A DNA stretch of 63,943 nucleotides, counting the filler, from Reticulomyxa filosa (taxonomy: Eukaryota; Protista; Foraminifera), in the NCBI GenBank assembly GCA_000512085.1. It is 18 parts of 18 records of this genome, joined end to end, with 100 filler letters (N's around TTAATTAATTAA, not from the genome) between each part and the next. Parts side by side here need not be neighbours in the genome. Positions count along the whole stretch, not along the records: positions 3,900 to 13,556 come from ASPP01007654.1; positions 13,657 to 19,645 come from ASPP01002860.1; positions 19,746 to 20,771 come from ASPP01040798.1; positions 20,872 to 25,836 come from ASPP01013918.1; positions 25,937 to 27,541 come from ASPP01039020.1; positions 27,642 to 30,053 come from ASPP01008052.1; 12 more parts are not named here. One strand, given 5' to 3'. The position numbers and the translations under genes are program-made. The notes beneath the pieces were generated by a model. It saw nothing but the letters and a program-made list of their open reading frames with translations, was not told the DNA's origin and searched no databases. This document shows, in pieces, positions 13,528 through 27,669 of the stretch (position 1 is its first letter; each line of letters starts with the position of its first letter).

Positions 13528-15081
13528 CTTTTATATATATATATATATATATATATNNNNNNNNNNNNNNNNNNNNNNNNNNNNNNNNNNNNNNNNNNNN
13601 TTAATTAATTAANNNNNNNNNNNNNNNNNNNNNNNNNNNNNNNNNNNNNNNNNNNNATTATCAACAAAAAAAAAAATCATTTGTTTTTTCCACTACAATA
13701 AATAATAATGAGAAAATTATTATTATTATTATTGTGCAACAGCGTTCTTCTGCAATTTGTCAGTGCATTGTGCGATCTCTTGAACACTTGTCAAATGGAA
13801 AGATTTTTTTAATTATACAACGAATCTTTGTAAATTTTTTAAAAACAGATAAAAAAGGGTATGTAGAGTTTTTAAAAAACTGTAGTTGACAGGAGCTTTT
13901 TCCAAGGGTTTTTTTTGTAATTCTAACTGAACAAGAACGTTTATAAAACTTGTGTTTGATAGATATGCCAATCTTGATTTTATCGTGGGAAAAACAATAC
14001 TAAAGGTTTTTGTATTGTTTATTTTGCATTTGTAAATGCAAACAAAAATCGCATTGTCTTATTCATAATTCATTTTAATTACAAATTTAACAAATGCAAT
14101 TTCAATAACAACACCTCGTTTTCAAAAATTTAATTTTGATTAGCATTATTTATTAAGTCTATTTAAAGATATTCGATTTATATATTTAAAATAATAAGAT
14201 AACAATAGCATAAATTGGAATTATAAAAAAAATAAAGATATAAAAGAGCTTTTGGATAAACCATGTAATTTGGTAACACCAGGTAAATTAGCCCACCAGT
14301 AATTGTAAATGAATAAATAGAAAATACTACTTTAACTGTTAATCATGATACGAAAAAAAAGAATAGCATACTCTCTAAGAAGTCAAGTATTTTGTCATTC
14401 TTATGCAAAATATCTTCAACTATAAAACAAAACAAAGTAAACTTGTTTCGTTAAAAGGTCAGTTATGAATCTCTGATAAATTTCTTTTTAATATTTTGTT
14501 GGATCCATGCACAAGTGCTCTTTTCATTGATTTTCAAAATGAAACAGTATCAATCCAAGTTTAAAATGAATTCTATGTAACCAAAACAATTTTTTGTAAG
14601 ATATACAAATACACTTCTGTTATAAAATTTAAAAAAATTGTGTATCACAAATTTGACTTATTTCTCCTCTAAAAAAACTAATATGAATTGGAGTGACTCA
14701 AAAAAAGTAGTTTGGTTTTTTTTACGAAATAGACATGATAAAAAAGGATAAAATTACATTGATGTTGCTCAATTGTTATTCACAATATCTTTCAACATAC
14801 TTTACACTTTAGAATTGTTGTTTTTGTATGTTGGAAAGTAATAAGATTAAGCATTCATTTTACCAAATAAACGTAAACTAGCAGGAACACGTTTAACAAT
14901 AAAGTGTAAAAAATTGTTATATTAACGTCAAACATTGCAAACTTACAAAAATGAATAAATAAGCTTATTCAAAGTACGTTCACGTCATAATCCCTGAACT
15001 AGAAAATCGTAATTGACATTTGAAATATCAGATTGGAGCTTTGATTTTTCAATAAATTAAATTTGAACCAAAAGAGACAAG

Positions 15082-15676
<595 letters not shown>

Positions 15677-17440
15677 GTAAGTTGGAGTAGTAAAATTGTT
15701 TTTTTCAAGTAATAATTTTTTTTTGCTAAAAATAATATTCAATGATTGTATAACTCATAAAAAGTTGCTACTGAATCAACACGTTCTCTTGAGTAATTCG
15801 TAAAAAATTTTTGTAAGTTTTTTTATTATAAAAAAAATTCTCTCTGTCATCCAAAAAAGTACATATGTAAAAACCACAATTAACAAAACATTACATTATG
15901 CAACTATTCTTTCATGCAAAAGATGTTTTAAAGTATCTTGTAGAAATTTTAAAAGAAGTATTGTTCACGTAAAATTCAAATGTCATGTGTGTAACGTCTT
16001 TTCCATTACGATAAATATGAAAATAATAATAATTATATGAATTTTTGATTTCTGTCATAATTTCGTCACTGCTTACGTCGTGAGCATAGACAAATGCGAT
16101 TACAGTGTCATTTTTTTTTAGATTCGTGTCTTGTATGTTTCGACTGTTCTCAAGTGCGACAAACTTTCAATACTTCTTTTGATATCCATAATGGAAGGTA
16201 AGACATTGTGTCTGTACTGTAATTACTAGTCCATATTCTGTGGTTCATGAATTGAATTAAGTAATTACCGCTGAACCCATTGCATTATTTACAAAATTGA
16301 CTTGCTCACATTCCATTACAAGTGAAACAATATCAGATATTGCATATCTACCGTTGTAAATGCACACATGGGTAAACATGATAAAACAAAATTCCTTTTG
16401 CACTTAATTAATTATTACTTTGAAATAAAAATATATTTAATGTACAAAAATATCTTTTTTCATTTAATACATATTCTTTTTTAAGATTTGAATTAACTAT
16501 GTATTAAAAGCTTCTATGATAGATTTATTATTATTAAATGTGGACATATATTGAACACTTTTTGTGATTTTTTCGAAGTTTATATATGCCATCCTTTTCA
16601 AAAAGATATTTAAATTTTTTTATCGTATTGTTTATTATTATTATGTTCATTAATTTCATAAAAATAAAATTAGAAAATTATAAATCTAACTTTCTTCAAA
16701 TGAATACAATTTATTTCCTTTTAGTGTCAAACAAAAATGTATTTATTACTTAAAGTGACTAGTCAAATTTGAAAGAAATAATGGAAAAAAGTAAAATGAA
16801 TGTCAGATAACTATTTTTTATTAATTGAAATTTATTTTGTTTAGTGTGGATAAATCTTTTGATTTATGTTTTACTTACAATGTCATTGCATTTATTGAAT
16901 TCTTCTGAAATAGATATCAAAGTTGCATATTATTTTTAGTGAATAATCAGATGAAATATTAAAATATATATTTATTGATATTTAATAGAATATGAGGATC
17001 ACATTTAAGTTTTCTTTTTCAAATCAAATGTTTAAACACAAGTGTAAACGTTTGTTAAATGAATTATTTCTTATTCACATTTTGGTATATATGTAATAAA
17101 AAAATTTTTGTTATAAAAAAAAGTCAGCTAAAAAAATTGAATGTATATAACCTTTCAAATAAATGCAAGAGCTAAGATAGTACAACATAGAGGAAAGATC
17201 GTCTGTAATTGTTCTATGTATAAATTAATAGAAATTGATTGTTATAAGTTTTTCAATATGACGCTTCATATTGAATTTTACGTGCATTTGTGGTTACAAT
17301 TTATCACTTTTTTGTCTTTGTTTTTGAACATGTGCGATCATTTGATGATATTAATAAGCACAGATTTGTCAGTTGTAAAAAAAGATTTAAATAAGTTGAA
17401 GCGACAATTTTTTTAAATATCTGCTAGTCATTATTCTATA

Positions 17441-19308
17441 CTACGTGATATCGCATTTTTTTTTGCAAAAATATTCCGACATTGAAAGAAAAAACGGACT
17501 AGTCGCAAACTTAAATTTAAGCACTTTGTTCACAAAATTCGTGATGTGCGTTATTAGTTCCACCATCCCCCCTTGTGACAATCGAAACAAACAGTTTACT
17601 AAATAGAATAATGACATGAGCGAAAGAACCAAATTGAAAGAAGTGAGTATAAGTGGTGCTAGGGATCGTATTGTAGGATGCATTGAATGATGAAATTTTG
17701 GCGTATGAATTACGGCAATTCTATTAAATGGAAAGCATTGTATTGTGGCACAGCGTACATAAATATAAATATAAATATTAAATAAATAAATATATATATA
17801 TATGTGTGTAATATTAGAAACATACCAACATCGCTCAGGTTTTCATTTTCGGCAAAGGCAGGTTCATGGTCGGCATGACCTTGGTCTTTGTCATGATAAC
17901 TTTGAGGACTAATGACATCATCGGACATACTCGGATTTGTGGAATGGAAAACAGCCGGGATCGGATCGTGTTTTTCGACAAGTATACCACTGCTGACTTT
18001 CCACGACTGAGTATTGCTAGCCTTCTTTTGAGATAGCAAAGAGGAATGACGAAGATCATTCGATTGCACCTGCCATTTCAAGCTTCTGGGATTGTAATAC
18101 AAAGTGATTGAGGGACGGTAGCAGACAAATATTTGGAGTGATTAATTTGCCATAGTTTAATACAGCCATCAAAGGAGCAAGTAATTAAACGATTCATGGA
18201 TTCATCCCATACCATTCGAGTGATAGCATCTTGATGTCCCCAAAAGATATTGTAACATTTTCCAGTGATATCATCCAACAAAGCAATGCAGCCAGTGATT
18301 CCACTGACAACGACAGTGTGAATATTGTGAGCATAAACGATCGACGTCAAATGTCCTTTGAACAAATAAAAGACAGTTTCGTCGTACCATTTGCATTTCA
18401 AGTTGCAACAGACTTTGGTATTTTCGATTTCGGCATTGGGAGTTTTGGACAATTTTTTCCGGTTCACTTTGTGTTGAGTTTGCGTGTCAATAAACTCCCA
18501 AACTAATATCATGCACTTGTCATTGACCTGTTTGTTTTGACTTTGGTTGTGATTGATCCAAGACATGTCTTGATAGCATTGATGTTCGTTGTGCTTTTCC
18601 AACTTTTCGCTGTTATTGTTGTAACAGTTGTAATGGAAATAATAGTAATTGTACATGTAATCACTGTAGGTGGGGATGTATGGAATGGTATAGATTTGGT
18701 CGTTGTTGTAGTCGTAATTGCTCACAATGCCACTGACATTGTCATATCCATTTTCAATGGCCTCAAAGCCCAAGCTGTCGCTACTGACATCGTCCTTATT
18801 TTCATTATTGCCGTCATTGCCATCATTCTCAGCATCATTACCATTATCATTACCATTACCATTACCATTGCCATTGCCATTATCATTGCCATTGTCATAT
18901 TCATTCTCCTTGCTATTATTTGTTGCAGTGCCGTTTCCAAAAAAAAAAGATAGCTTTTTTTTTGGCGCGGTCGACTGTTGCTTTTTCATCCGCCTTTCTT
19001 CCTCTTCCGAAGTCAGTCTGATTTCGCTACAGTGAATGTTATCCACTATCGTTGGATTTTTCACATTAAACGATTTCGGGATTTGCAAATATTGTAACTA
19101 TTTTTTTTTTTTTTTTGTTGTCATCTAAGCAATGACACATTTTCAAGTTGAAAACAAAACAAACTGAAAAGAACGGCAAATTGGTGAGAATAAATAAATG
19201 TCCAAACAACACGGTCAAATCTGTTACTAAGACATCTGTCATCAAAATATCTTTCGATATTGCGCCCGCGGACATTGTGTCGAGAGAAGCTATGTGAAAA
19301 CACCACAC

Positions 19309-19341
<33 letters not shown>

Positions 19342-19600
19342 CACAAAAGTTTGTTTATTTCTGTGTATTTTTTTCAAACAGACAAAACGTGTTTGCTTTT
19401 TATGCTTGTTGGCTTGCGCTGGGACATTGGCTTCATCCTTTCGCTTGCCCGAAAATAGGTTCATTGTTTTGCCCTTGAACATTGTTGTCAAGTTTTCAAA
19501 AATGTCGCTTTTTGGAGCAGTCGTCGTCGTCGTTTCCTTCGCCAAAGTTCGGTGGTTTGTGGATTGCACGTGAGCCATGTCTTTCTCATCTTCTATCATC
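17441..19600 (-). CDS. WD40-containing protein, partial, multi-exon
   Basis: FWGHQDAITRMVWDESMNRLITCSFDGCIKLWQI WD40 repeat in ORF 18078-19088; N/G/D low-complexity tract; flanking exon-like ORFs. Confidence 0.65.
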
Positions 19601-19773
19601 CAATATATATATATATATATATGTATATATATGTATATATGTATANNNNNNNNNNNNNNNNNNNNNNNNNNNNNNNNNNNNNNNNNNNNTTAATTAATTA
19701 ANNNNNNNNNNNNNNNNNNNNNNNNNNNNNNNNNNNNNNNNNNNNAAAAAAAAAAATACAAAACAATAGAAAA

Positions 19774-20373
19774 ATGCGAAAAATGATAGGCGTAGGATAT
19801 ATGCGAAAACTGGCGCCCGCCGAGTACTTGGAAGGGATAATTCGAGACAGACTGTTGAATTACGACCGACTGCGCCGAGCAGTGGTGCCGAAGGACGCGT
19901 CGTCGACGTCGGTGTCGCCGGTGTGGTGTACGGAGTTCAAAGATAGTGGCGACGACTTGGACATCAAGAAGGATCTGATCTCGATTCACCACGTGAAGGA
20001 CAACAAGGAAGTGCACGCACTGATCGACGAGATCGGCAACACGTATATCGACATCGACAAACCCCAATGGAAATTTCATTTGATTTACAACGAAGCGGCA
20101 ATCAAGAACAACAATAACAATAACAATAACAATAACAATAGTCACAATGATAATAACGACGATAATGATAACGACGAACACAAGAGTGAAGATATCGAAT
20201 ATTGTGCGCTGCTTTGGCGAGTCAGTCATGGGATCTCTGATGGCTTGCGCTTGGTTCATATCGTTGAGGAATTGTTCACCGACGAAAAAGGAGAACCCGC
20301 AAAAGCGCCAGATATTGGCAAATTGAAAAGTAAGGACAAAAATAAAGTGTCCAATAAATCATCATCATCATCA

Positions 20374-20408
<35 letters not shown>

Positions 20409-20754
20409 AGTCCGCTTTCCCAAATGGTACTCGCCGCAATTTTGGAAACAACTGCTTCACGACGTTCAAGCGATCAATTACATGTCCAATGGCAAATTTG
20501 ACACGGCTTGTCCATGGAAGCCTGACACGAAGTTGTACTTGGACACTCGCCAACGCGTATTTCGAATGCGTCATCGCATTCCCTTCTCTTTTGTCGCCGC
20601 CTTGAAGAACCACTTCCATGTCTCGGTCAACGACGTTTTGACTGCCGCCTTTGCTGGGAGCGTTCGCTCGTATATCCTCACTTTTCGGCCTTCGTTTTTT
20701 GATTCCCTTGATTTGAACGACTTCCAAGTTTTACTTTTATATACACATATATAA
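19774..20754 (+). CDS. Wax ester synthase / diacylglycerol acyltransferase (WS/DGAT) fragment
   Basis: KPQWKFHLI, ALLWRVSHGISDG (HHxxxDG-type motif) and LKNHFHVSVNDVLTAAFAGSVRSY (TVNDV-type motif). Truncated at both contig ends. Confidence 0.85.
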
Positions 20755-20934
20755 ATATATATATATATATANNNNNNNNNNNNNNNNNNNNNNNNNNNNN
20801 NNNNNNNNNNNNNNNTTAATTAATTAANNNNNNNNNNNNNNNNNNNNNNNNNNNNNNNNNNNNNNNNNNNNATATATACAATATATATATATATATATAT
20901 GTACATATTTATAATCTAATTTATGATTAATATT

Positions 20935-21793
20935 TTATTTAAATAAATAAACAAAAAAAAAAGATACATACCTTCCCAACATAAGATAGCTAAAACCAGC
21001 AGTTGTCAATGTTTTGAGTTGTGAGCAAACAGTAAAAGTCCCTGCATCAATTCGTCTTAAAGCCACAAAACTAAGTCGATTCATTGCATAATATACTGCT
21101 GCCGGAACAAACATCTTCGGAGATCCTTGAACCAATTTCTTTAAATGGGATCCTATTGATGTCGAATCTGTTTCCAATACATGTCATGTATCATCAAAAG
21201 TATTTAATCGCATTATTTCATTTTAATTTTCATTATTAAAAATATGGGAAAAAAATTCACACAATAGAAACTAACCATGCTGTTTCTTCAAATCTGAGGT
21301 TGTCATTACAAATGACACTCCAAATTTTATTATTTCTCCTGCTATTAGAATCGAGCTGTCTGAGGCTTCATCCAACAATACACCCACTGCAAACCGTCGT
21401 AACAATGTATACAGCGCTTTTTTTTTCATTCACAATTTTCTCTTCTTTTTTTTGAAAGCAAATAAACTCAGGAATATACGTACCGTTTTGCAAACATAAC
21501 GTTACTAAAAAAAAATAACGAACGAATGGTGGTGCACTGCTTTCATAATTTGTTTTTTTTATTTCAACGTCTTGATTCAAAGACTGGAACTATCAACAAC
21601 CACATTTTTTTTTTAAAGCTAACCTTTCCAATGTTTCCGTGTTTTTTGCAAAAAAAAAAATAATAATCCTCAAAACTTGTTTGGAGCCTTCGGCAACGCT
21701 TTCAGGTGAGTACGTTGCAAGAGAAGCAAAAGGATATCGCACATTTGAGTCATCTTCTACCTTGATTATATTGTGGTTTATTCCTTTTTGCAT
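20935..21793 (-). CDS. Nucleotide-sugar transporter (SLC35A-like), 3'-truncated
   Basis: KMFVPAAVYYAMNRLSFVALRRIDAGTFTVCSQLKTLTTAGFSYLMLGR is a typical SLC35A segment; upstream exon FFLVTLCLQN. Confidence 0.8.
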
Positions 21794-22255
21794 TGTGTGG
21801 ACTGGTTTGTTCTTTTTAATAAAAAAATTCATATAACAGCACTTCACGAAGTTCAGTTATAAAAAGACAGACACGAGTTCTTTAATTCCTTGTTACTTTG
21901 TTTAATGGAAATACTAGAGCTCTTGGACAGTAAATTAGGCATTTGGATGTGTTAAAACAAAAAACTCAAAGTTTACTTAGAATTATTCCAAAGTAGTACC
22001 AAGAGAAAAGATTTTATAACAAAAACTTGTGTAAGTCTACTTTTCGCGGCATAGTAACTTTAATAATATCAACTACATCGTTCAAATTTTTGTTCATAAA
22101 AATTTATACAATTACCAAAAAACAAAGCGTTACAGATTTTACTATAAGATCAAGAAAAGTATGGCACTTGAATAAGCAAAAAAAAAAAAATAATTAGAAT
22201 AACAATAAAGAAAAGGAAGCCAAAAAAAAAAGGACAAGTCTTGGGCAACAAAGGA

Positions 22256-23220
22256 TTAATGAATTTTGGTTTTTGGATTTTTGATTTTTAGATTTTTTGC
22301 CCGTTGAGTAAACATATAAGAGTACAATTGCAAAAAGCCAGCAGCAGTGATAAATAAGTAAGCATATAAGAACCAATTCCATCGAAAAATGAAATTGAGT
22401 GAATTGGGCATATCATAAACAAACCAAGAAGTATCAGAAGTAGTTTTCAATAGTTTGAGCAACATAATGTATCCACCCGTTTCACCAATGACAAAGCCAA
22501 TTGGATATAAAAAGATAAATGCAGTGTATCTCAAGTACAATATTGTATAAGGCATTTGCAATGACGGAGCCTTTGGAAATTTTTCTTCCAAGAATTTGCA
22601 CAAATAAAACGGATAGCGAATTAATTCACTCACAATCCACGAGCCAACCATACATCCATATACAAACATTATTACGGATGCATTTTCACTGAAATGAGTT
22701 TGGTAATATTTATCTTTGAAGGCCACTGCCATCGGTTTTCATTATTGTTGTTATTTTGTTACACATGTAATTCATAAAAATTTTTTGCCTTTTAAGTTTG
22801 CAAAAAAAAAAAAAAAAGACAAAAATAGAATGATGGAAATGAAAATGCTTAGAACAAAAAAACGTGTATACTACGCGTGCGCTCGCACAATCGCAGCAAA
22901 GCAAAGAGTAGCCACGCACCTTTGTAAGGGAGGTAAAGTGCTAAAATTCGTCCAAACACTTGCATTACACATGTGAAAACATCACCTTTGACAAGGCCGA
23001 TAGCAGAGTGTACTATTTCAATGGATTGAAGACATTAAATTGCGAAGATTTATTCCGTTGTGTTTTGGACAAAGGATAAATTGGTGTTGTGTGAAAACAA
23101 CCAATCGATTGGTATGTTTAGATAGAGTTTTATCAATGCGTAAAACCACAACGACAGTGAGCCGCAGTTGTACACCAACAAATACAACTCCTTTGTTGTC
23201 AGTTTCTTACTACTAATTTG
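22256..23220 (-). CDS. HACD: Very-long-chain 3-hydroxyacyl-CoA dehydratase (HACD/PTPLA/PHS1)
   Basis: YLLVYN, SIEIVHSAIGLVKG...MQVFGR, WIVSELIRYPFY, LRYTAFIFLYPIG...GE and LYSYMFTQRAK across exons. Start codon uncertain. Confidence 0.9.
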
Positions 23221-23894
23221 TCAATTCAGATAGCTTTGCAAAACAATGTCAATATGTATGTTTCAGTAACACCCAAGTACGCGCCATTGGCACTTAGTTA
23301 CTTGTCTATAGCGATAACGGAGAAACAATCTTTTTAAAATTTATGTGCACACTATAACTTTTTATGCAATATAATTTTACTGTTTTCTGAAAGTAGATTT
23401 TTCATCACGCGCAAAAAATTAATTAATCAATTATTATGACACGTAAAAATGTAAAAGAAAATGTTGTATATTACCCATAAAAAACGTTAACGTGACTGCT
23501 CTTGCATATTTTGATAAGTGGATCACATTTAGGCCAGTGAAGATCAATGTCTCTGCAAAACTGGAGTGTAACTCATGTTTTTTCATGCTTAATTTGTTTG
23601 CGTCTGTATATATACAAGCTCTCAATATGTGAAGAATAAAAATAATTGAGTATAAAATGATTTAGTTTTCAAGTTGTACTTTTTTAAATCAACACAGTAA
23701 TGATATGAATTAAAAAAACGGTTGCATGAGCACCAAAATGTAAACCACAACACCACCCAAACAAAAAAAAAGGATTAGTGAAACATAGCAAATCAAGTTG
23801 GTCTGCTGAAAGTGATATATATTTGAATTCTTTCTTTGTCTCTAGGCAAAAGATTTTCTTTGACGCCCCACCAATCACAAAGCATATATTGTTC

Positions 23895-25274
23895 CTATTT
23901 TGTTTGTTCGATGTGTGAGCAATGAGTACGATAAAGGAAGAGAAGCAGTGGTATGTACAAAACTGTGGATTTGTCGACAGTTTCAAGATTTCCAACAATG
24001 CGTTTATTGCTGCCCTCGAAATTTCCGGAATTTTCGGACGCAGTGGTCTCCTCGTCCGAGTTGGAAAGTTCCTCATTGTCCCTGGTCATGCGATTTCGAA
24101 TAAACTTTAAAGTGGACAAAGGTTCCTCCACGCCTTGTCGAACAGCTAATTCCATGTGTAGACGAGCTTTATCACTTAAGCAGAGCAAGTCGCCTTTGCG
24201 ATGCAAAACGTCGATATCGGCATCAGTGAAGCTATAGAGACTCTGATCAAAAATTTCAGTGCGACGATGTCTGTCTTTTTCCGACGGCAGTAAAGTGAGC
24301 ACCACATCACTATCCAAAGTGAGCATGAACAAATTGCTGCCATCTTCCATAGGGTATTTATGTGGAAAAAGCCGAAAGTATTTATGGTCACGAAAATCAA
24401 TAGTGACATCTCGAACCGCTCCCAACGAATACGTACTTTGTGATTTGATTTTGGAAATCAAAGTTTGGAAAGACGAAGGCAGTTGTCGCACATTAAGCCC
24501 ATTCCCACATCCCCACGGCGCTGCCACGGGCGGATTGGACTCATATGCATATTGCGGCTTTTCATGCGCGTCATGCTCCTTCTTGGCCTGTTGGATCGCT
24601 GGCGTCCAGTTCGACTCTTGCAACTCGTCCGCGGGCGGACGGCCGCTGCATTTGAACGCGTTCACTTTTAATGTCGGCCGACTTTGGTACATGCCCAGCT
24701 GCTTCAAAAATGTGTCTTTCATGTAAAACGGAATTGACGAATAGCCGTACTGGTTTAGCAACACGTGAGCATCCAACCTAATCTTTGTATTAATAATGTC
24801 ATCCAAAGTCACGGCTGATTTTTTTTAATGTCATGCTTTTGACTTACAAATATATATACATATACATATATGTATATGTATATATATGTATACATATACA
24901 TACATATATATTTGTATAATGTATATGCTCTTTTTTCCAAACCTAAGCTGCTTTTGCTCGTTTGGAGACAAAAAGTTCTCTTCAATTCGAATCCCCGGGT
25001 TCTCTCCCAACAGTGGCGATTGCCCTTTCATGTTTTTGATGTAGTAGTTGTCCACTGGCGAAACGGGCCGATGCTGCGAATTTCGCAGACGCAATTTCAC
25101 AAAGGCAACATAGCCTATGCCACTTAGAAGTGGTGCACAGCACCCAATGTAAAATATACGCTCTGCACGCATGCTTGCTTTTTTTTTTCGGATGATGCTA
25201 CGATACTGAACTTTTTTTGGGAAACTTACAAAATTTTCCCTCCTTCTTTGCGCAACAACTGTTCTTGGCAACAT
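23895..25274 (-). CDS. AlkB-like 2OG-Fe(II) fold protein with N-terminal hydrophobic segment and degenerate metal ligands
   Basis: PGIRIEENFLSPNEQKQL, DVTIDFR...LFPHKYP...DGSNLFMLTLDSDVVLTL and DVLHRKGDLLCLSDKARLHM follow the ALKBH motif order. (TA)n intron at ~24830-24940. Confidence 0.6.
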
Positions 25275-25393
25275 CCGCTCCTATGCTTGGTGTGCACATC
25301 AAATTTTTTTAAACAAAGAACAGTTGAAAAAAGTTATGACAGACTTCCCTTATTTTATTTTATTTTTGACTGAAGCATTTTGAAACATAAATT

Positions 25394-25741
25394 ATGACGC
25401 AAAGTGTGATGCTTATGCCACCTTCATCTCATTATACTCGAAATACTTCCGCTGCTTTCAGTGGTCATAATGTGGAAGCAACAGTTTTGGTAAGAAATGG
25501 TGAGCGGTGTCATGACCTGAAAAATATGAATAATCCTCTGAATCAATCAGTGTTTTTTTGGCTTCGCAAATGTTTTCCACAAATGGAAAATGTCCACGAG
25601 CACATGACATCATGCAAACTGGTGATTAAGTTCGATTTCCCAGATGAGAAATATGCTCAAGTGAAGCCTATCAACGAACCTGTGCGGCATTGTGGTGCAA
25701 TATTAAAAGTCGAGTTCAGTCCAACAAACAAAATGAGGTAA
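25394..25741 (+). CDS. Hypothetical protein, first exon, head-to-head with the AlkB-like gene
   Basis: ATG-started 115-aa ORF ending at a GTAAC donor; truncated by the contig end. Confidence 0.45.
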   Translation: MTQSVMLMPPSSHYTRNTSAAFSGHNVEATVLVRNGERCHDLKNMNNPLNQSVFFWLRKCFPQMENVHEHMTSCKLVIKFDFPDEKYAQVKPINEPVRHCGAILKVEFSPTNKMR

Positions 25742-26845
25742 CGAGTCCAAAAAAAAAAAATATAATAAATTCTGATTCACATTATGTAGAGGGACTTTTT
25801 TTTCAACTACTCAAAAAAAAAAAAAAAAAAAAAAAANNNNNNNNNNNNNNNNNNNNNNNNNNNNNNNNNNNNNNNNNNNNTTAATTAATTAANNNNNNNN
25901 NNNNNNNNNNNNNNNNNNNNNNNNNNNNNNNNNNNNTTATTTCTTTGTTCTCAAAACGTAGTGAAGCTGGAACGAAAAATATAAAGTGAAATATATAACT
26001 GCTATAAAGATCTACACTTGTTTCATATTGACTCGATCAAATATCGCCAACAAATGATATTGTGAAAAAAAATGGTCGTTAGAAGAATTTATGAACAGAT
26101 CGCTCTTTCAACATACCACAATTTTTTACTGTTCTTGATTTGACCAATATATTCACTGGTTTCATTTGATCATTTTGTTAGCACTTTTGTATCTATTGTT
26201 GTTGTCTTATGTCTTTGGATTATTGCAACGACGGCAAACCTTTCAATGCGGGAAAAGGCTAAAGCAAAGTGATTAGTTATAGTTTATGTGGACAATACTG
26301 TGACCACAACGCCACGAAAATGCAAAGATCTGGGATGTTAATAACTGGAGGTATTTGGTGATTGTTGTTAGATAATTTGTTTTTGAAAATGAATATAAAT
26401 TAGTGGTATTGATTGCACTGCATGTGGCTTTCTGCTTGTATTTTTGTATATTCTTCATTTTGTAATTTTCAACATACAAATTGACAGTTCTTGCATTTTC
26501 ATCAAATTTGTACTATTTTGTCTCTTTTTTTTTGCCAAGAAAAATATGAAGTCATAATTTGAAATTCAATTTGTGCAAGCTCATCAAGCAACTGATAAGT
26601 GAGCAACAAGTAAATAAATAAAAAAATTTAAAAAAACACACTACATACTTTTTTTTTACAACTTCATTATCAGGTAGATCCCTTTTTCCATAAAACAAAA
26701 AAAAGGAGTCACTTGTCAATGTATATATATTTTGAAACCAATAAAAGTTCAATGTCCTTGAGACGTGCACTACCACAAGAAGAAACAAGCCAAGAGATCC
26801 AATAACATTTTGCCACAAATAAAGAGATAAAAGGTTTCTATAAGT

Positions 26846-27541
26846 CATTTCTCAATCCGCAAAGCAGCTCGTTTGAATGCATTCCACAACCACACAACGT
26901 CTAGTTTGGAATCCAAACTCTTATGCTCCAGCGTAGAAGAAGGAAAAGGAAAAGTGTTTACAAAATGTAAACCTGTATTTTTTCTTCGTCGTCATTACTA
27001 TCTTCATCATTACTGATTTTACATAAATCATACCAATACAATGTCATGTCATCACATAACCACATATCAATAATAAACGTCCCATTTCCAAACTCGTTTA
27101 ATGACTTACATTTCTTTGTGATCCGCTTCTCCAGCTCGTCGAAGAAGATCTGATGGTTGCTGTTGAGCTTCTTTAGAAATACGTCCATTTTATATTGCAG
27201 CATATGCGTCACGACATCAGATAATGAAATATACAAGTAATTCGTAAGATTGTCAAAGCAATCATCATAAATTTGTTGGCCATCCTTCTTGTCGAAATCG
27301 CATTGTCCTTCCTCTTTCGAAAACGGGAACAAAGGAAAGATATTGTTCTTGATCCACTTCACTTTGCCGTTCAAATACAACACGCAAAACCACAACCAAG
27401 TGTTCAAGTTGTATCCCAAACCACGCAAACAACGAAGAACCAACACAGGATCGTCTCTGAATTCCATCATCATCGTCATCGTCATTGTGAAATGTACTAG
27501 GTCTTTATTCCGACACATGTGCTCCACCACTGATCTGCTAT
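26846..27541 (-). CDS. Hypothetical protein, 3' fragment
   Basis: 190-aa ORF open from the contig edge, plus a probable last exon (STLEHKSLDSKLDVVWLWNAFKRAALRIEK*). Confidence 0.5.
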
Positions 27542-27669
27542 NNNNNNNNNNNNNNNNNNNNNNNNNNNNNNNNNNNNNNNNNNNNTTAATTAATTAANNN
27601 NNNNNNNNNNNNNNNNNNNNNNNNNNNNNNNNNNNNNNNNNAAAAAAAAATGAAAACAATGAATGAAAT

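Noticed and set aside
15700-17420. AT-rich desert with short ORFs (also 13657-15080 and 10800-11500)
   Set aside because: No recognisable protein, RNA or repeat structure.
19774-23220. WS/DGAT plus HACD as a lipid gene cluster
   Set aside because: They are on different contigs separated by a linker.
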